A stretch of 63,031 nt of DNA, filler included, from Phoronis australis (taxonomy: Eukaryota > Animalia > Phoronida): assembly GCA_002633005.1 (NCBI GenBank). It is 6 parts of 6 records of this genome, joined end to end, with 100 filler letters (N's around TTAATTAATTAA, not from the genome) between each part and the next. Parts side by side here need not be neighbours in the genome. Positions count along the whole stretch, not along the records: positions 5,595 to 31,621 come from NMRA01000205.1; 5 more parts are not named here. One strand, written 5' to 3'. The notes beneath the pieces are model-generated. The model saw only the letters and a program-made list of their open reading frames with translations, ran no database searches and was not told the origin of the DNA. The position numbers and the translations under genes are program-made. Position 1 is the stretch's first letter, and every line of letters begins with the position of its first letter. Positions 10,105 to 23,982 of the stretch are shown one piece after another.

Positions 10105-13100
10105 AGTCTTTTGGGCAGAACTACCCTGAGGTATGTATTGCCCCTGCATACTAAGGCCATCTTGTAAAGACGAAAAACAGTGGTACATTATCATGTTGAA
10201 TGGAGTGTATCATTCCTTTAATGTCTGATTTAATTTGAATCAGAAAAATTCAAGGTGTTCCTTTGACACAGCATTGAAAAACGAAAATGTCATTGTAAAA
10301 AAATGTTAGTGGTGTACAGTATGATTATGCTATTTAAGTGCACCATTTTGTGCCAGTTGAAAAGTGTTGATGTTTGCAACTGAATTGTCGTTTCAGATTC
10401 CAGTAATTCTTCACTTGTTTAGCTCACAATATGACCAACAAGTAAAATTCTTGTTTTATAAAATTTCTCCACAAAATTAAAGATTAAGAACATTTGAATT
10501 TATTTCTATTGTGGACTGCAGTGTGTAAATAACATAAAACTAATAATATATCTGCTGAAAGTCTCATTATTTTCAAAAAGGTCAAAAGGTCATCAGACTT
10601 TGAAAAGTAAAACAATGACCATTTTGACAATTATTTTTGTGCAAAACAAGTGGAGTATTTCAGTGTATTGCTTGTAACCTAGCTGCAAATGACCAAGTAA
10701 CTACATTTCTGCCTCTCAATTTGGCAGGATTTTGATGGCATTCTCGACAGTATTAGTATTGCCATCACGTGTGCTTTCAACAAAAGAGGAACTCTATTGG
10801 CCGTCGGTTGCAACGATGGCCGTATCGTCATTTGGGACTTCTTGACAAGAGGGATCACCAAAATCACCAGCGCCCATGTTCATCCTGTGTGTTCACTAAG
10901 GTTTGTCTCTCACTACCACTGCGTATGTCGATTTGAACGCCATTTTTGATCAGTGAAAATGGATTCCAGTTCATCATTTTGTAGCATTGACCTGATTGGC
11001 ACGAGGATGTTGAAATTGATAACTCTAACTGAAAACTGCTTTTGTGGATTATCAAGTTTTACTTCTGTCCCACCAATTGTGTTGAAATTCATAACTCTAA
11101 CTGAAAACTGCTTTTGTGGATTATCAAGTTTTACTTCTGTCCCACCAATTGTGCATTCTCTCATCTGAACTTCTTTCAAATTCAGTGAGATATAGCAAAA
11201 TTATGCCAGAGAAAGCTGAGGGTTTGTTTGCTTGTATGGCACTCCCACAGCCATTACCTAAAACATGGTCTCTGAAAACGTACCCATAATTGCTAGTTTC
11301 TCAGAGAAATTTCATCAGAATTATTTCTTAAATGTGACGTGCTAAATGTGGCAAAAACTATTTCAGTTGTCGTGAAGTGGGTGAATAAGACTTCAATGTT
11401 AAATGATTTCATGAGACTGACCTCAGTTTAATGTGTATTTATGTTGCTACTCTTCTTTGTAATCACAAAGTAACAAGTATCTATGACTCGATATCAGGAA
11501 ATTAACAAATTGTCAATTGATTACCAGTTACAGTAAAGCAAACCATACAATGTCAAGGTTGTTTTTGATGGAGCTTGTTCTTCACAAACTCTAACGTGGT
11601 ATTTTTGTTGCTGTTTTGCTATCTTCTGGTATCAAATTCAAATCTGAAGAAAAAAACAGATGATGCAATTCAATTATCTGGTGACTTACAATGTATATGA
11701 CAATAGTAATCTGACAAGATGTTGTTTCCCTATCATGACAGGTAACAGAATTTACTTGACGTGACTGGTGGGAACATTCTAATAATACATAATTTCGTAG
11801 CCATGACACTAACTTCCCTACAACGTCACCTTTATTCCATGACACTAACTTCCCTACAACTTCACCTTCATTCCATGACACTAACTTCCCTACAACTTCA
11901 CCTTCATTCCATGACACTAACTTCCCTACAACTTCACCTTCATTCCATGACACTAACTTCCCTACAACTTCACCTTCATTCCATGACACTAACTTCCCTA
12001 CAACTTCACCTTCATTCCATGACACTAACTTCCCTACAACTTCACCTTCATTCCATGACACTAACTTCCCTACAACTTCACCTTCATTCCATGACACTAA
12101 CTTCCCTACAACTTCACCTTCATTCCATGACACTAACTTCCCTACAACTTCACCTTCATTCCATGACACTAACTTCCCTACAACTTCACCTTCATTCCAT
12201 GACACTAACTTCCCTACAACTTCACCTTCATTCCATGACACTAACTTCCCTACAACTTCACCTTCATTCCATGACACTAACTTCCCTACAACTTCACCTT
12301 CATTCCATGACACTAACTTCCCTACAACTTCACCTTCATTCCATGACACTAACTTCCCTACAACTTCACCTTCATTCCATGACACTAACTTCCCTACAAC
12401 TTCACCTTCATTCCATGACACTAACTTCCCTACAACTTCACCTTCATTCCATGACACTAACTTCCCTACAACTTCACCTTCATTCCATGACACTAACTTC
12501 CCTACAACTTCACCTTCATTCCATGACACTAACTTCCCTACAACTTCACCTTCATTCCATGACACTAACTTCCCTACAACTTCACCTTCATTCCATGACA
12601 CTAACTTCCCTACAACTTCACCTTCATTCCATGACACTAACTTCCCTACAACTTCACCTTCATTCCATGACACTAACTTCCCTACAACTTCACCTTCATT
12701 CCATGACACTAACTTCCCTACAACTTCACCTTCATTCCATGACACTAACTTCCCTACAACTTCACCTTCATTCCATGACACTAACTTCCCTACAACTTCA
12801 CCTTCATTCCATGACACTAACTTCCCTACAACTTCACCTTCATTCCATGACACTAACTTCCCTACAACTTCACCTTCATTCCATGACACTAACTTCCCTA
12901 CAACTTCACCTTCATTCCATGACACTAACTTCCCTACAACTTCACCTTCATTNTATTTAGAAGGTGCCAGGTGTGTGACGAGGGTGTCACACAGCGGGGT
13001 GTAAGCATTTTGCGTGCTCAAGTCACTATCAGTGGGAGTGTGTCGCGGACACTCGGGCAAGTGGGACAGTTGTTCCTCTGTCCGTGGGACGATAATGAGT

Positions 13101-16100
13101 ACATCCCGGTACGCAGCAACAGTGTGGCATGTTGACTGACTCGTAAAAAAAGCACACGATGACCGAACTTATCAAAACCGCGAGATAGAACAATGAGTGA
13201 CTGGGCAGCTCTCACAGTCAGACTATACGAAAAGAAATAGGCAGGAAATTCTTGTCTCCCAAAACGTCACTTCCGGAGTAGAGAACGAATAATTAATCAA
13301 GTTACGAAAAGTTGTAATTAAGGGGAAAATATGTCTGGGATAACCAACGAACCTTATTTTTGCTAAAAAAGACATGAAAAAAGGTTGCCTTCGCCTTTAA
13401 CTTGGCTTATTTCACGTAAGTCACTTACATGGGGTCACTTACAGGGGTCACGAATTTGTGAACCAGTTTCCCCTCTTAATAACAGCCATTAAATTGGTTC
13501 TCAAAATCCGGGATCCATTTAAGTGATTATCACCTTATTTCACAACTCAATTTTCACGTGGCTGTTACTAAACAAGGCCACTTCCAGACATCTCCCCAGT
13601 TAAGGAAAATTTTTAAACAACTCCGTCATCTTGTTCTTTGTCAAATGTAGACCTATGGCAAGGTCTTTTCTTGTAGTAATTAGTTGCGGCTAAAAGTTTG
13701 CTTTGTGCTTGTTCACCTGAGCTTTTCTTCTTTTTCAGCTCATTAATCTTGGTGTGCCCCAACAAGCATGCCGCGGTGCTTCTCAACGTCAAAGACGGCA
13801 AACATACAGTAATACCCCTTGATGAGGACTCGGATCTCAGCATTGTGGCTTCTTTTGACAGACGTGGCCAGTATATTTACACAGGCAATGCCAAAGGGCG
13901 GGTATGCTCCCAGCTTGGATTGTTCAGTATTAAGGGATCTCTTTTATAGCTAATTTATTCTACTGATGTGACTTGGAGTGCCTTGTAATGCTACTTAGAT
14001 TGTAGTATTCTACTGGTTAGTTACACATCTAACACAAGTTTAGAGAGTGCTAAAATGGTTCACCAGCTCATTGCCAGGACGGAAATCAGTTCTCATTTCG
14101 AAGATCAAATGACATGAAGCTGCATTTCGCATTATTTAAGTGACTAAAAACAATAATTGATTTGGCCTTCTGACGGTTGTGTGATCGATTGTTCAAATTG
14201 AATTGGCCTTCTGACGGATGTGTGATCGATTGTTCAAATTTTCTCTCCCACAGTTACTTGTATATGAGACAAAGACTATGGATCTGGTTGCCTCGTTCAA
14301 AGTCATGACGGGTACATCAAGTGCCACAGCAGTTAAATCTATAGAGTTTGCACGACGTGGAACGTGAGTTCAACTTTGCTGTACATTTTGTTGCAGAATT
14401 TCAGTTCTGGACATAACATTAATAAAAATAAAGTAACAAAAATTCTCATGAGAACATTCAGATTTTACATCGTCACGTTTTGCTGAAAAGCGTGGTCAGT
14501 GACCATGTGACCAATACATGGCTACAAAGCAAGCTATGGTTCATCATCTTATCAGTTGGATTTTGTTTGTGACATGATGTTTAGTAGTTTGCTGTAGTAG
14601 GTTGTTGTAGAACCGTGGTGTGCGTGTGCGTGTGTGTGTGTCAAGACTTGATTTGGTGACCTGGTAAATGTCCCAGCTCACCACAGAGTCGACATGTAAC
14701 ATATGAGCACACTCTCAAGATATTAAAGGAAATAAACAAGCGTAAGTCAGAATCGTTCGGCAAAAAGTGGAAAGCCCCCATTTGCCTTTGTCTGCCTCAG
14801 CTGGTGAACCTGTGCTCGTTACCATTGGCAGAAATTGGTCAACATCTGGCACATGAGACAATCCTAATTTTTCATTTGAGCAAAGACCGCTGTGCAGGCA
14901 ATCTGAGGTAGCTCTGCAGACATTTCCCAAGTTTGCTAGTTTTTCATTTCAGGTGATTTATTTAAAGTTTGTTTTCAACTCTTGCCAAGAAGATTTGGTG
15001 ACCTGAGAATTTTGCCAGGTTGTATTTGGCGAGTTGACATTATGCTAAGATTCGTGCCCTTTTTATATGTTGAATTGTGAATGTTCTTATGAAAGTTTTT
15101 GTCTCTTTTTTATTGCTGTACATGTCTTGAAAGCTCTGTACATACTCCCCTGCTAGTAGGCAATATCCACTCAAATTTAAGCCCTGGAATAACACATCAG
15201 GGGCTTTCAGGCATTGTTTTGTATCCTGACTGTGTTGATTATTAGCTGTAGTGTCAAGTTTGTTCATTGAATGTTATTGTGTGTAACTAAATCTTGTCAA
15301 GATGAATCAAACTTTGGTCAGCTTCAACAGTAATCTGTGATCTTCATTCTGAGTTCCCTATCAAGAAAAGAGCACCTGAAAAAAGCAAATGAAAGCGACT
15401 GGGAGGACTTTATTCTTCCACTTACCCTTGACTGCCAAATAGTGCAGTTGGCTAGTCTCAAATAGTGCAGTTGGCTAGTCTCAAATAGTGCAGTTGGCTA
15501 GTCTCAAATAGTGCAGTTGGCTAGTCTCAAATAGTGCAGTTGGCTAGTCTCAAGTAGTGCAGTTGGCTAGTCTCAAATAGTGCAGTTGGCTAGTCTCAAA
15601 TAGTGCAGTTGGCTAGTCTCAGATTTTGTGCGATTTGCTTACGTTTGAAATCTTGGTTGTGCAAGTTTGACGAGGACTTAATGATGTATGTTGACATTGC
15701 AACTACTGAGTGTTATTTTCATTTTTATATGCTCACGTTGTCCGTTGTTCAAGAAGTGTTTCCTTGTGCAGGTGTTTCTTATTAAACTCGGCTGATAGAA
15801 TCATCCGTGTGTATGAAAGTGGGGAGGTATTAGCATGTGGCAAGGATGGTGAGCCAGAACCGATACAGAAACTGCAGGATTTAGTAAACAGGTGAGATCT
15901 TCCACTGAGTACAGTATGCACACTTGGCAATGAAGTTTGGATTATTCCTTCTCAAAAAGATTTAATGACATCGATCTTGATTGGTGACATTCATTCATCT
16001 AGTAGGTAGTCATATCACCAATGTAAATCTGCTGGTCAGCTTAATTTTACATGTTAGGGTGAGCTAGAACACATCAAGGTATTTTACAGAAGTTTAAGTA

Positions 16101-19100
16101 AACAGGAAGTCGTGGTAATTTGAGACATCTGGTAAAATGCATTCAGATACATGTGTCGACAGTAAAGGTCGACTACATTCAGATACATGTGTCGACAGTA
16201 AAGGTCGACTACATTCAGATACATGTGTCGACAGTAAAGGTCCACTACGTTCAGATACATGTGTCGACAGTAAAGGTCCACTACATTCAGATACATGTGT
16301 CGACAGTAAAGGTCCACTATATTCAGATACATGTGTCGACAGTAAAGGTCCACTATACCTTCAGTTGAATGTGGTAAATGTTTTTAAACCCCAAATGGAT
16401 TCACTTAAGAAGAAACAGCAATGAAATGCCTGTTCTTAGCAGTAGTCTTGTCTGTTCTTTAGTTTTAGTGATTCTGTTTCAGAACCCTGTGGAAAAAGTG
16501 TTGTTTTTCCGGCGACGGAGAATTCATCGTGGCGGGGTCAGCGAGGCAACATTCCCTGTACGTGTGGGAGAAAAGTGTGGGAAACTTAGTAAAAATATTA
16601 CACGGAAGAAAGGGAGAGTTATTATTAGATGTCGTGGTATGTCGCCTACTTTGTAACTGTAACTGTCTGATGAAATTGCATTTTTTTTCTTAATACATAC
16701 TGTGTTTTTGCCAATTTGCATGAAACACAGAGGATTGCTTTTTAGTTGGACTGTGTATATCTTTTTGTTAACACTATATTCATTGTATTTCACTTAAAAG
16801 GTAATTTTTCAACTCGACTTTCCTCAAAGATCAAGACAGTTTAATTCAGCAATGATGAATTGATTTCCTTTTCATTGTTTTAGTGGCACCCTGTCCGTCC
16901 CATCATATGCTCTATATCCAGCGGTGTCGTATCCATATGGGCTCAGAATCAAGTGGTACGTGCTCCGTTTCATTGTCAACTTTGTTAAATACTTTAAAGT
17001 CTCACCAATTTACTACACAATACGGCCGACAAGTGAAATGATAATTGCATCAGTTTTATTTCCAACATATCTTTATGTAGCACTGAAATCAGTTAGTTTT
17101 GTTACACAGCTTCAATCAAACAATGTTTTGAAAAGTTGTATTCACCAAAAAAGGTCATTTTCGGCAATTATTTTTACCGAAATTGGTGAGATTTTACGGT
17201 TCATAGATTTTATGTTTCGTAATAGTACTCATTGGTGGCCTTTAATCTGTTTTAAGAATCCCATCTCATGTGCACTTTGCACCCGCCATGTTCCACAAAA
17301 GGTTGCATTATAGAACGTATTGTACTGCAGTGTCAATTACTGGTCATTTCTGTAATTTGTGTTATAGTTTAGCCAGGTGTTCTCAAGAACCAAATGATTT
17401 TAGAATAGAATTAAAGTCAAAAGTTCAACAGAGTAATCATATCAAGTAACTTGCAAGTATCAATCTGTCTTTTATATAATTGTGTGAAGTTTTTGACTGA
17501 AAATTATTGGTTTTTGCAATCAGAAGTAAATTTTTCCATTTAAATGCCAGTAATTGTCTTTTCATGTGGACTTCAAAGAGTATCCTTTATCATTAATGGC
17601 ATTTTTATTAAAGCAGGCCTGGATGAAATTTGTGTTTTCATTCATCATCGTATTTTGTAATGCTAGGAAAACTGGAGTGCTTTTGCTCCTGACTTCAAGG
17701 AATTGGATGAGAATGTCGAATATGAAGAGCGGGAGTCAGAGTTTGACATTGAAGATGAAGACAGAGAGGTTGAAGAAACTAAAGGTGAGTTCTTGGAAGG
17801 ATTGCAGTGTGAATTTCCTGTATTGTACAGTTAGCTTGAGGCTTGTGGAATGGAACAGTTGAAGCGAAAAAATATTTTAACCAGTTTCTTTCGCATATCC
17901 ATGTTTCAGGGCCCGATGAAGAGGATGTTGATGTAGACGTGACTAGTGTTGATCCAATAGCAGCATTCGTCAGCAGGTACTTAGGACTTATTACTAATCA
18001 CTGACTATTAATGGCTTCAAGTAACGTCATATCATTATTCAGTCTTACTGTGGATTTCAAGGCTCAGGGTCTAGTCTTGTACTCAAAATCGAAGTTGAAT
18101 ATTGTTTTTGGCATTTTCTATTCCACTTTTATGCGAACTCGAGATAAGTGTCTATCATTCTGTGTTGGAGTGCACTATGGCTTATATAAGTGTCTATCAT
18201 TCTGTGTTCGAGTGCACTATGGCTTATATAAGTGTCTATCATTCTGTGTTCGAGTGCACTATGGCTTATATAAGTGTCTATCATTCTGTGTTCGAGTGCA
18301 CTATGGCTTATATAAGTGTCTATCATTCTGTGTTGGAGTGCACTATGGCTTATGCAGATGAGTTCACACTTGATGTCCCCTAGATTTGACCTTCAGACTC
18401 GAACTTATAGCACCAATACAAGGGTCATCAAGCCAAAACTTGTAATAGTAATAGACAGTTATTCATGGAAGCCATTGTCTTACGGTAGCTATGCTGTAAA
18501 TCTTTAAAATGATATTGTATTTATTTTTTTGCTAGGTAGTCTATTTTATGAAAAAATGAATTTCAAAAATTAAATTTCACTTGTCGGCCATATTATGTCG
18601 TAAATTGGTGAGATTCTGCCATATAGATATGTTGATCTTAGTTTACAGTGTTGATCCATTTGAATAATTCCTTGTGCATTTCAGTGATGAGGAGGGAGAA
18701 GACGACACAGCGCTTCTGTTTTTACCTGTAGCACCTGAAGTTGAAGATCCGGAATGTGCGTTACCGTTACCTGAACAACAGGTAAGGGAACATCTTGGCT
18801 CTGTCTGTTTGAGTACCACTCGTGTCATGGGGGACAGTCGAACAGGCACAATGTTTAGTCTTGGTGACCAGCAAGCCACTCATGTCATAGGGGACAGCGA
18901 AGCAGGCACAACAGGTAGTCTTGGTGATAAGCACATGTTGAACATCCTTTATTTGGATTTGGTTGAACTCGAACAAAATTCCACAATATGTTTGCTTACC
19001 TGTTTGTGTTCTCTGTAAATCAGATTTCTGTTAGTTTTTTGCAATTTCTGAGTCCAGTTGGACCTGTCTTGAATGATTGGTGGCTTGCCAGTGGCATTTG

Positions 19101-20893
19101 GGATGTAGTAATGATATCCATCATTCTCTCCGTCGGTTTGTGTGCTCATCTGTTCATGCAGAGAATTAATACTATTCTGTGCATGACACTTACATTTCTC
19201 ATGGTGTTTTGGCCAAACATTCAAAATAGTATGCTTATAGAGTGTCGCTGCGCATACGGTCACCATTTTGCAATTTGACCGTGTTTTCCTAAATTTGGCC
19301 CGCTCTTGATTTACTACGCTCCCATGTGTACCGTTTTTCTTACATTTCTCGCGGGATATCAACCAAAGTTTCAAAAAGCCTGAACAAATTGTTGTAGCAC
19401 CTATCATCGGTATTTTGCATTCCAACCGTGCTTTATTTTCACATATCCGTGTAGGCCATTCTGTGTCCAACCCTTTACAGGGCCCTCTACAGGGGATATT
19501 GTTGTCTTGTCTGCCTTGTACTGTTTTATCAATGCTTGTGCTACTCTGTGAAACTGTTGGGGCAATGGTCATATATAACGAGCCCATACTTTGAGAACCA
19601 GTTTGATGCCCATTATTTAGTGGAGAAAACTGGTTCTCAAACTTTGGGCACCATATATCCGACCATTACCTGTTTGTAATCAAATCAATTTGTATAAGTT
19701 GGGAGGTCTAGGTTCCAGTGAATAACATGATTCAAGTAGTCTCAGGATATACAAGGCCATTGTTCAGTAGCAATGAGTAATTGAGGTGCTGGCATTCTTA
19801 GCTTACACTTAAAGTGATTAAGTGCCGAAATTCAGGTGTACATTTTGTTGGCATTATCTTACGACTTTGGCAGCTTTCTTATCAAACCCTTGGCATAGTC
19901 CTGACATTCACGCACACGTTGTAATTTCAGTCAACTCAAACAAGGCTTGACAGTACCGTTTTTCTTTACTAAAATTGTATGTTTGAGTCAAGAGTTCTTA
20001 AATCAGGTTTCAACACAATTTGGTGAAAATGGGCAGTTGCTTCAACTCAAATTCCCTTGTTTTACCTCACTTAAATCCGAGTCCATCTCTTCAAACACTG
20101 TTAATGTATGTCATGGGTATGGAAACTGTAGCAACATGTCATAAATTTCTCAATGTTGATTGTTAAAAAACCCCAGAGGATGTTGAAACATTATTTGTTC
20201 ATATTACATCCCTTGCACCCTCAGTTGACTGTTAAACAAACCGTTGTTCTGCAAGTTTTATTTCATTTCCATTTATTTTGTAGGCAGCAGACGATAGCCA
20301 GAAAGAGAATGTAGACAAAAAACGAGCTTCTGAAAAAAGTGGCAACTCTCCATCATCGAAGAAACAGAAAACAGTGGACACACTGGATATTGAACTTCCA
20401 GATGCGCCAAAAGATGGTAGGTTTGGTAAAAATGAATTATTGCAGCACTACAAAATATGTTGTGGCATATAGGTGGGACTGACATCTTTTAACGAAGTGA
20501 TTTCTGTCCGCGGAGAATTGTGTATGGCTTGTGCTGTTTTGTCTCGCTGAAATTATACTTTGCTTCAAGGAGAAATTTAAATTCCAGAAATTTACAAGTA
20601 GAAAATGGTGCACTGTCCCTTTTCATCTGCTTTGTGTGTTATTTCTGCAATTTTTACTTTGCACTTTGTAACTTTGTAATACAGGTTTTTTGTCATTTTT
20701 GTTTGTGTTTATTCAACTAACCATGAAATTCTACTTTGTTGTCAAAAAGCCTGTGCTATTTTTAGAAATCCACCCTCTGTTGAATGTGAGAAAACCTCAG
20801 GAGAAGCGAACAGAGAGAAGGCAAAGCAAACCCCAGAAATCTCACAAGTCAAAGTCAGAAGGAAGGTCAAAGAAGGCAAAGACGGATGAATGA
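10105..20893 (+). CDS. RBBP5: Retinoblastoma-binding protein 5 (COMPASS/MLL WD40 subunit). Exons: 10105-10130, 10728-10900, 13739-13901, 14254-14363, 15772-15891, 16483-16636, 16884-16955, 17667-17784, 17910-17976, 18685-18781, 20284-20416, 20766-20893(stop). Start exon and one WD40 exon not visible
   Basis: All exons AG/GT-bounded with compatible phases; [115 protein letters not shown] match recalled RBBP5. Confidence 0.96.
11008..11153. repeat. 72-bp tandem duplication in RBBP5 intron
   Basis: gttgaaatt at 11009 and 11081. Confidence 0.9.
11801..12952. repeat. 36-bp minisatellite (ccatgacactaacttccctacaacttcaccttcatt), ~32 nearly identical copies
   Basis: Direct reading; source of the 489-aa and 399-aa repetitive ORFs. 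Confidence 0.97.
12954..13400. mobile_element. One arm of a Kolobok-like TIR element (same family as 42820-44140), cut at single N
   Basis: Ends aaaaggttgccttcgcct-TTAA; reverse complement aligns by eye with 42820-43260. Confidence 0.8.
14162..14240. repeat. 41-bp duplication immediately before an RBBP5 acceptor
   Basis: ttggccttctgacgg...gatcgattgttcaaatt twice. Confidence 0.85.
15436..15621. repeat. 23-bp minisatellite (caaatagtgcagttggctagtct), 8 copies
   Basis: Direct reading. Confidence 0.95.
16140..16357. repeat. 36-bp minisatellite (cattcagatacatgtgtcgacagtaaaggtccacta), 6 copies
   Basis: Direct reading. Confidence 0.95.
18143..18353. repeat. 42-bp minisatellite, 5 copies, inside a dispersed repeat (~18063-18450)
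   Basis: ataagtgtctatcattctgtgttcgagtgcactatggcttat; flanks resemble 57713-57990. Confidence 0.9.
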
Positions 20894-21462
20894 TGCGCTT
20901 CATCGTTACAGTTGGCTATACAAGCAACGAAATTGGAGTCCTAGGATATTATCACAAAAGTGTGATGTAAAATTGTTCGGTGATCGTTTCTATATCCTTC
21001 ACTCCGTTATTCGTAGGGGTGCATGCAGCCCTGGGGAGTACCCAGCTCTGTTTCCGATGAGGATTCACGTGGAAACTTTGGCTACTCACACATTTAGAGG
21101 GTGGACTCGACATTGTAGACCCATTTGTTGAGTTTCCATGTTGTAGACTTGTGTTCAAGGAATACATCCTTTTGTAATGATTAACTTCTTATTAAACTTT
21201 TGTAGGTCAATTGTTTTTTTAATCCACCGTGAAGCAGCCCAACAAGAGAATGTCAAAAACTAAAATATCTTTGACAGCAGATTGTTTAAAATATAGATAA
21301 TATTCACAACCTTTTGGAATTGAGATTTTTGTAGTAAGAAAAGGAACTGTTTGGTAGAGAATCAAACTCTCCAGGTGAACTTTTTCGTGGGGAAAAACTT
21401 AGAAATAGCAGCTCGTGATAGGGAGTTGTGTGAGGAGAGGCAGCCGTTCTAGAGAAAGGTGA

Positions 21463-21668
21463 CATTTAGGGGCATGTTGTGGATATCCCCTCCCATCCCA
21501 AACATGTGGTTCATTTAGGGGCATGTTGTGGATACCCCCTCCCATCCCAAACATATGTGGTTCATTTAGGGGCATGTTGTGGATACCCCCTCCCATCCCA
21601 AACATATGTGGTTCATTTAGGGGCATGTTGTGGATACACCCTCCCATCCCAAACATATGTGGTTCATT
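21463..21668. repeat. 51-bp minisatellite, 4 copies, downstream of RBBP5 stop
   Basis: catttaggggcatgttgtggataccccctcccatcccaaacatatgtggtt. Confidence 0.93.
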
Positions 21669-23740
21669 GTAGGTCTGTTTGTGAACTACAGTCAAAGATA
21701 AGTTGGTATTTGTACTAATGTTTGATTCAGTATTACTGGGTAATAGTGGATGAACAAATGAACAGCAGTCTTTGTTGACCAAAGACTGTGAACGTGGAAC
21801 TTTTCAGAAGTTGTAAGCAATAAAACTGGAGAAATGAGATTAATCCCTTTTGTTTTTGGTTACGTTGAGGCGTAAAAATCCCATCAGACTTGCCTTTTTC
21901 ATTGTACATACTTATTCGTGCTATCATTTCTGGGCTTGTGTTATATTTTCTTGTTTTCTTGAACCCCAAAAATTTTGTAGGGAATGTCCACTGGACCCCA
22001 ATGCTGGAAGTGAAGGGCGAACACTGTAAGTTGATATGGAATTTCAGTTGGTATGCATGAATGAGTAATAGTTTCTTACAGGAGTCTCTGATTTTGAGAA
22101 CCAGTTTTCTCCTCTGAATAACAGGCATCAAACTAGTTTAAAAACCGGGAACCCTGTAAGTGACTATTGTGCATGAATGTACCGAAATAATGAATTATTA
22201 AAAGTCAATAATTTTACTGTTGTGTTGTTTGTTTTACAATATAACACAAAAAACAATGAATTGAGAAAATTTTCTCTTGAAATGCAGGTAGTATATGATG
22301 GATGAGCCAAAGAGCATTATTTTTATCCAGGTCCATCTTTGCTGCAAATAGCCATGCTCGAGGAGGCACATTTTCACAGGCAGATTAGGATATCGTAAGG
22401 GGGTCCAGCCACAGTTTTTGAACAAAACCACCAACATAGCGGACGTAGAAATGACCCTGTGTTTTGTTTTGTTTTCTTTTTCTGTTGTGTCATTTTTGGT
22501 CCTGTATATAAGATCGCTCTAACCCCCTAGTCGTCTCAGGTTGGGAAGTCACGGGATTCCGAGAATAGGTTAATTACTTAGTGTGGTATACATCCGGGTA
22601 TTGGTAAATACGGACGCTTGATTCTTCCCTTCAATGCGTGATCTTGCATTGATTCACATTCTGACGGAAGCATTGAAATCGGTTACTGTTGCTAACATAT
22701 TGTATAGAGCGCCAGTCAACATATGTAAATATTGCTGTGCGAAATAAGCCTAGAGGAGAGCTGAGTAGCACCAAATTGTCACTGATGCGGTGAGAGGATA
22801 AAACTGTTCTCAGTTCTTATTTAAAATACACGACTATATCTCGCGTGAGTCTTGCTTAGCTAGATCCTGCGTTACTGATCTACCCGGTTTGGCATTTCCT
22901 TTTTGGGTCAATCTGGTGCAATAAAAGTAGCCAGGTCAGGTGTGAACTCAGAATTCATTACCATTGTCAGTTTGTTAGTTCACTGCCAGATTATTGGATT
23001 ATGAATTCAGTGACAAGAGAGCCATCTGGAAAGTACATACATACAACTAATAACATCACTTAGAACATATCGGAATCTCCGCCTGACTAAGTCATTAGTT
23101 TAGAACTGAAGAATGCATTACAAACTATCATAAGTAGACTAGACAAGTGACATGGCACAGGCATTAACGAAATGGAATTAACGCGTTATTAAACTATATA
23201 CAGGCCTAGATTGATTAACGGGCAAATGAGTCAGTATAGCCGGAGGCATTAACACCTGAACTAACATGCCGTGTTGTCCTGCTACGCCTTCTGGTGTTGA
23301 GCCTGTCGTACTTTCAGAAATAAGAGTGTTTAAACGAAAATTTTACTAGCCACTGATGGACTGAAATGTCGGACGTCCAATATCACTACTAATTGGGTTT
23401 ATGGTGTCGTTAGTTACGTTTATGTATTGTAAATAACAGTCAAAATTTCTAAAATAAATTTCCCCTGTTTCTCATGCACTTACTTGACACTGACACTGTT
23501 GATATTGTGAAACCTTACGAATTGGCTCCGAAAGCGGCGACCTGTGATCTAAAATTTCGGAAATCCTGGTACGAGCAAACAACGCAAGGACATGCAGCAC
23601 TCAGTGTGCGAAGGTTTTTGATACGGTGTTCAAAAACCAGACTCGGCCATCTGGGACATTCTTCTGGTTAGCATCCGAGTATCTGAATATCTCAAACGTG
23701 GCGAAGCCTTTATTGACAACCATATTTAGTGAAAATAAAT

Positions 23741-23982
23741 CAGAGGCGGATCTGCGGGGGCCCCCGGGTTCAGGGGGTTTAAATTCCCCCGGAACAGGAT
23801 CAAAAATAAAAATTAAAAAAAAACGTCACCAGGAAAACGAAATCAGCTACAAAAACAGGAAAATTCTTGCACGGGAGGAGGGAAACCCCTCCCCCGGCGC
23901 TCGGCACTCGGCGCCTCTCTGGCCGATTCGCGCGAATCCCTAACCCCTGCTCCCCCTTACTGAAAACGTAGATCTGCCACGG
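23741..23982. mobile_element. ~245 bp MITE with CAG(T/A)GGCGGATCT...AGATCTGCCACTG-type termini; copies at 58574-58821, 59992-60233 and reversed at 62963-63031
   Basis: Inverted termini and shared internal sequence (gaaaacgaaatcag, cccccttact.aaaacgtagatctg); no clear TSD. Confidence 0.8.

Noticed and set aside
11591-13060. 489-aa and 399-aa repetitive ORFs
   Set aside because: Translations of a 36-bp intronic minisatellite; no splice or domain support
18949-19587. 212-aa minus-strand ORF in an RBBP5 intron
   Set aside because: No recognisable domain or splice context; likely chance or decayed repeat
8154-21668. 23-51 bp repeat arrays as CRISPR-like
   Set aside because: Head-to-tail units without unique spacers; eukaryotic introns; no cas genes
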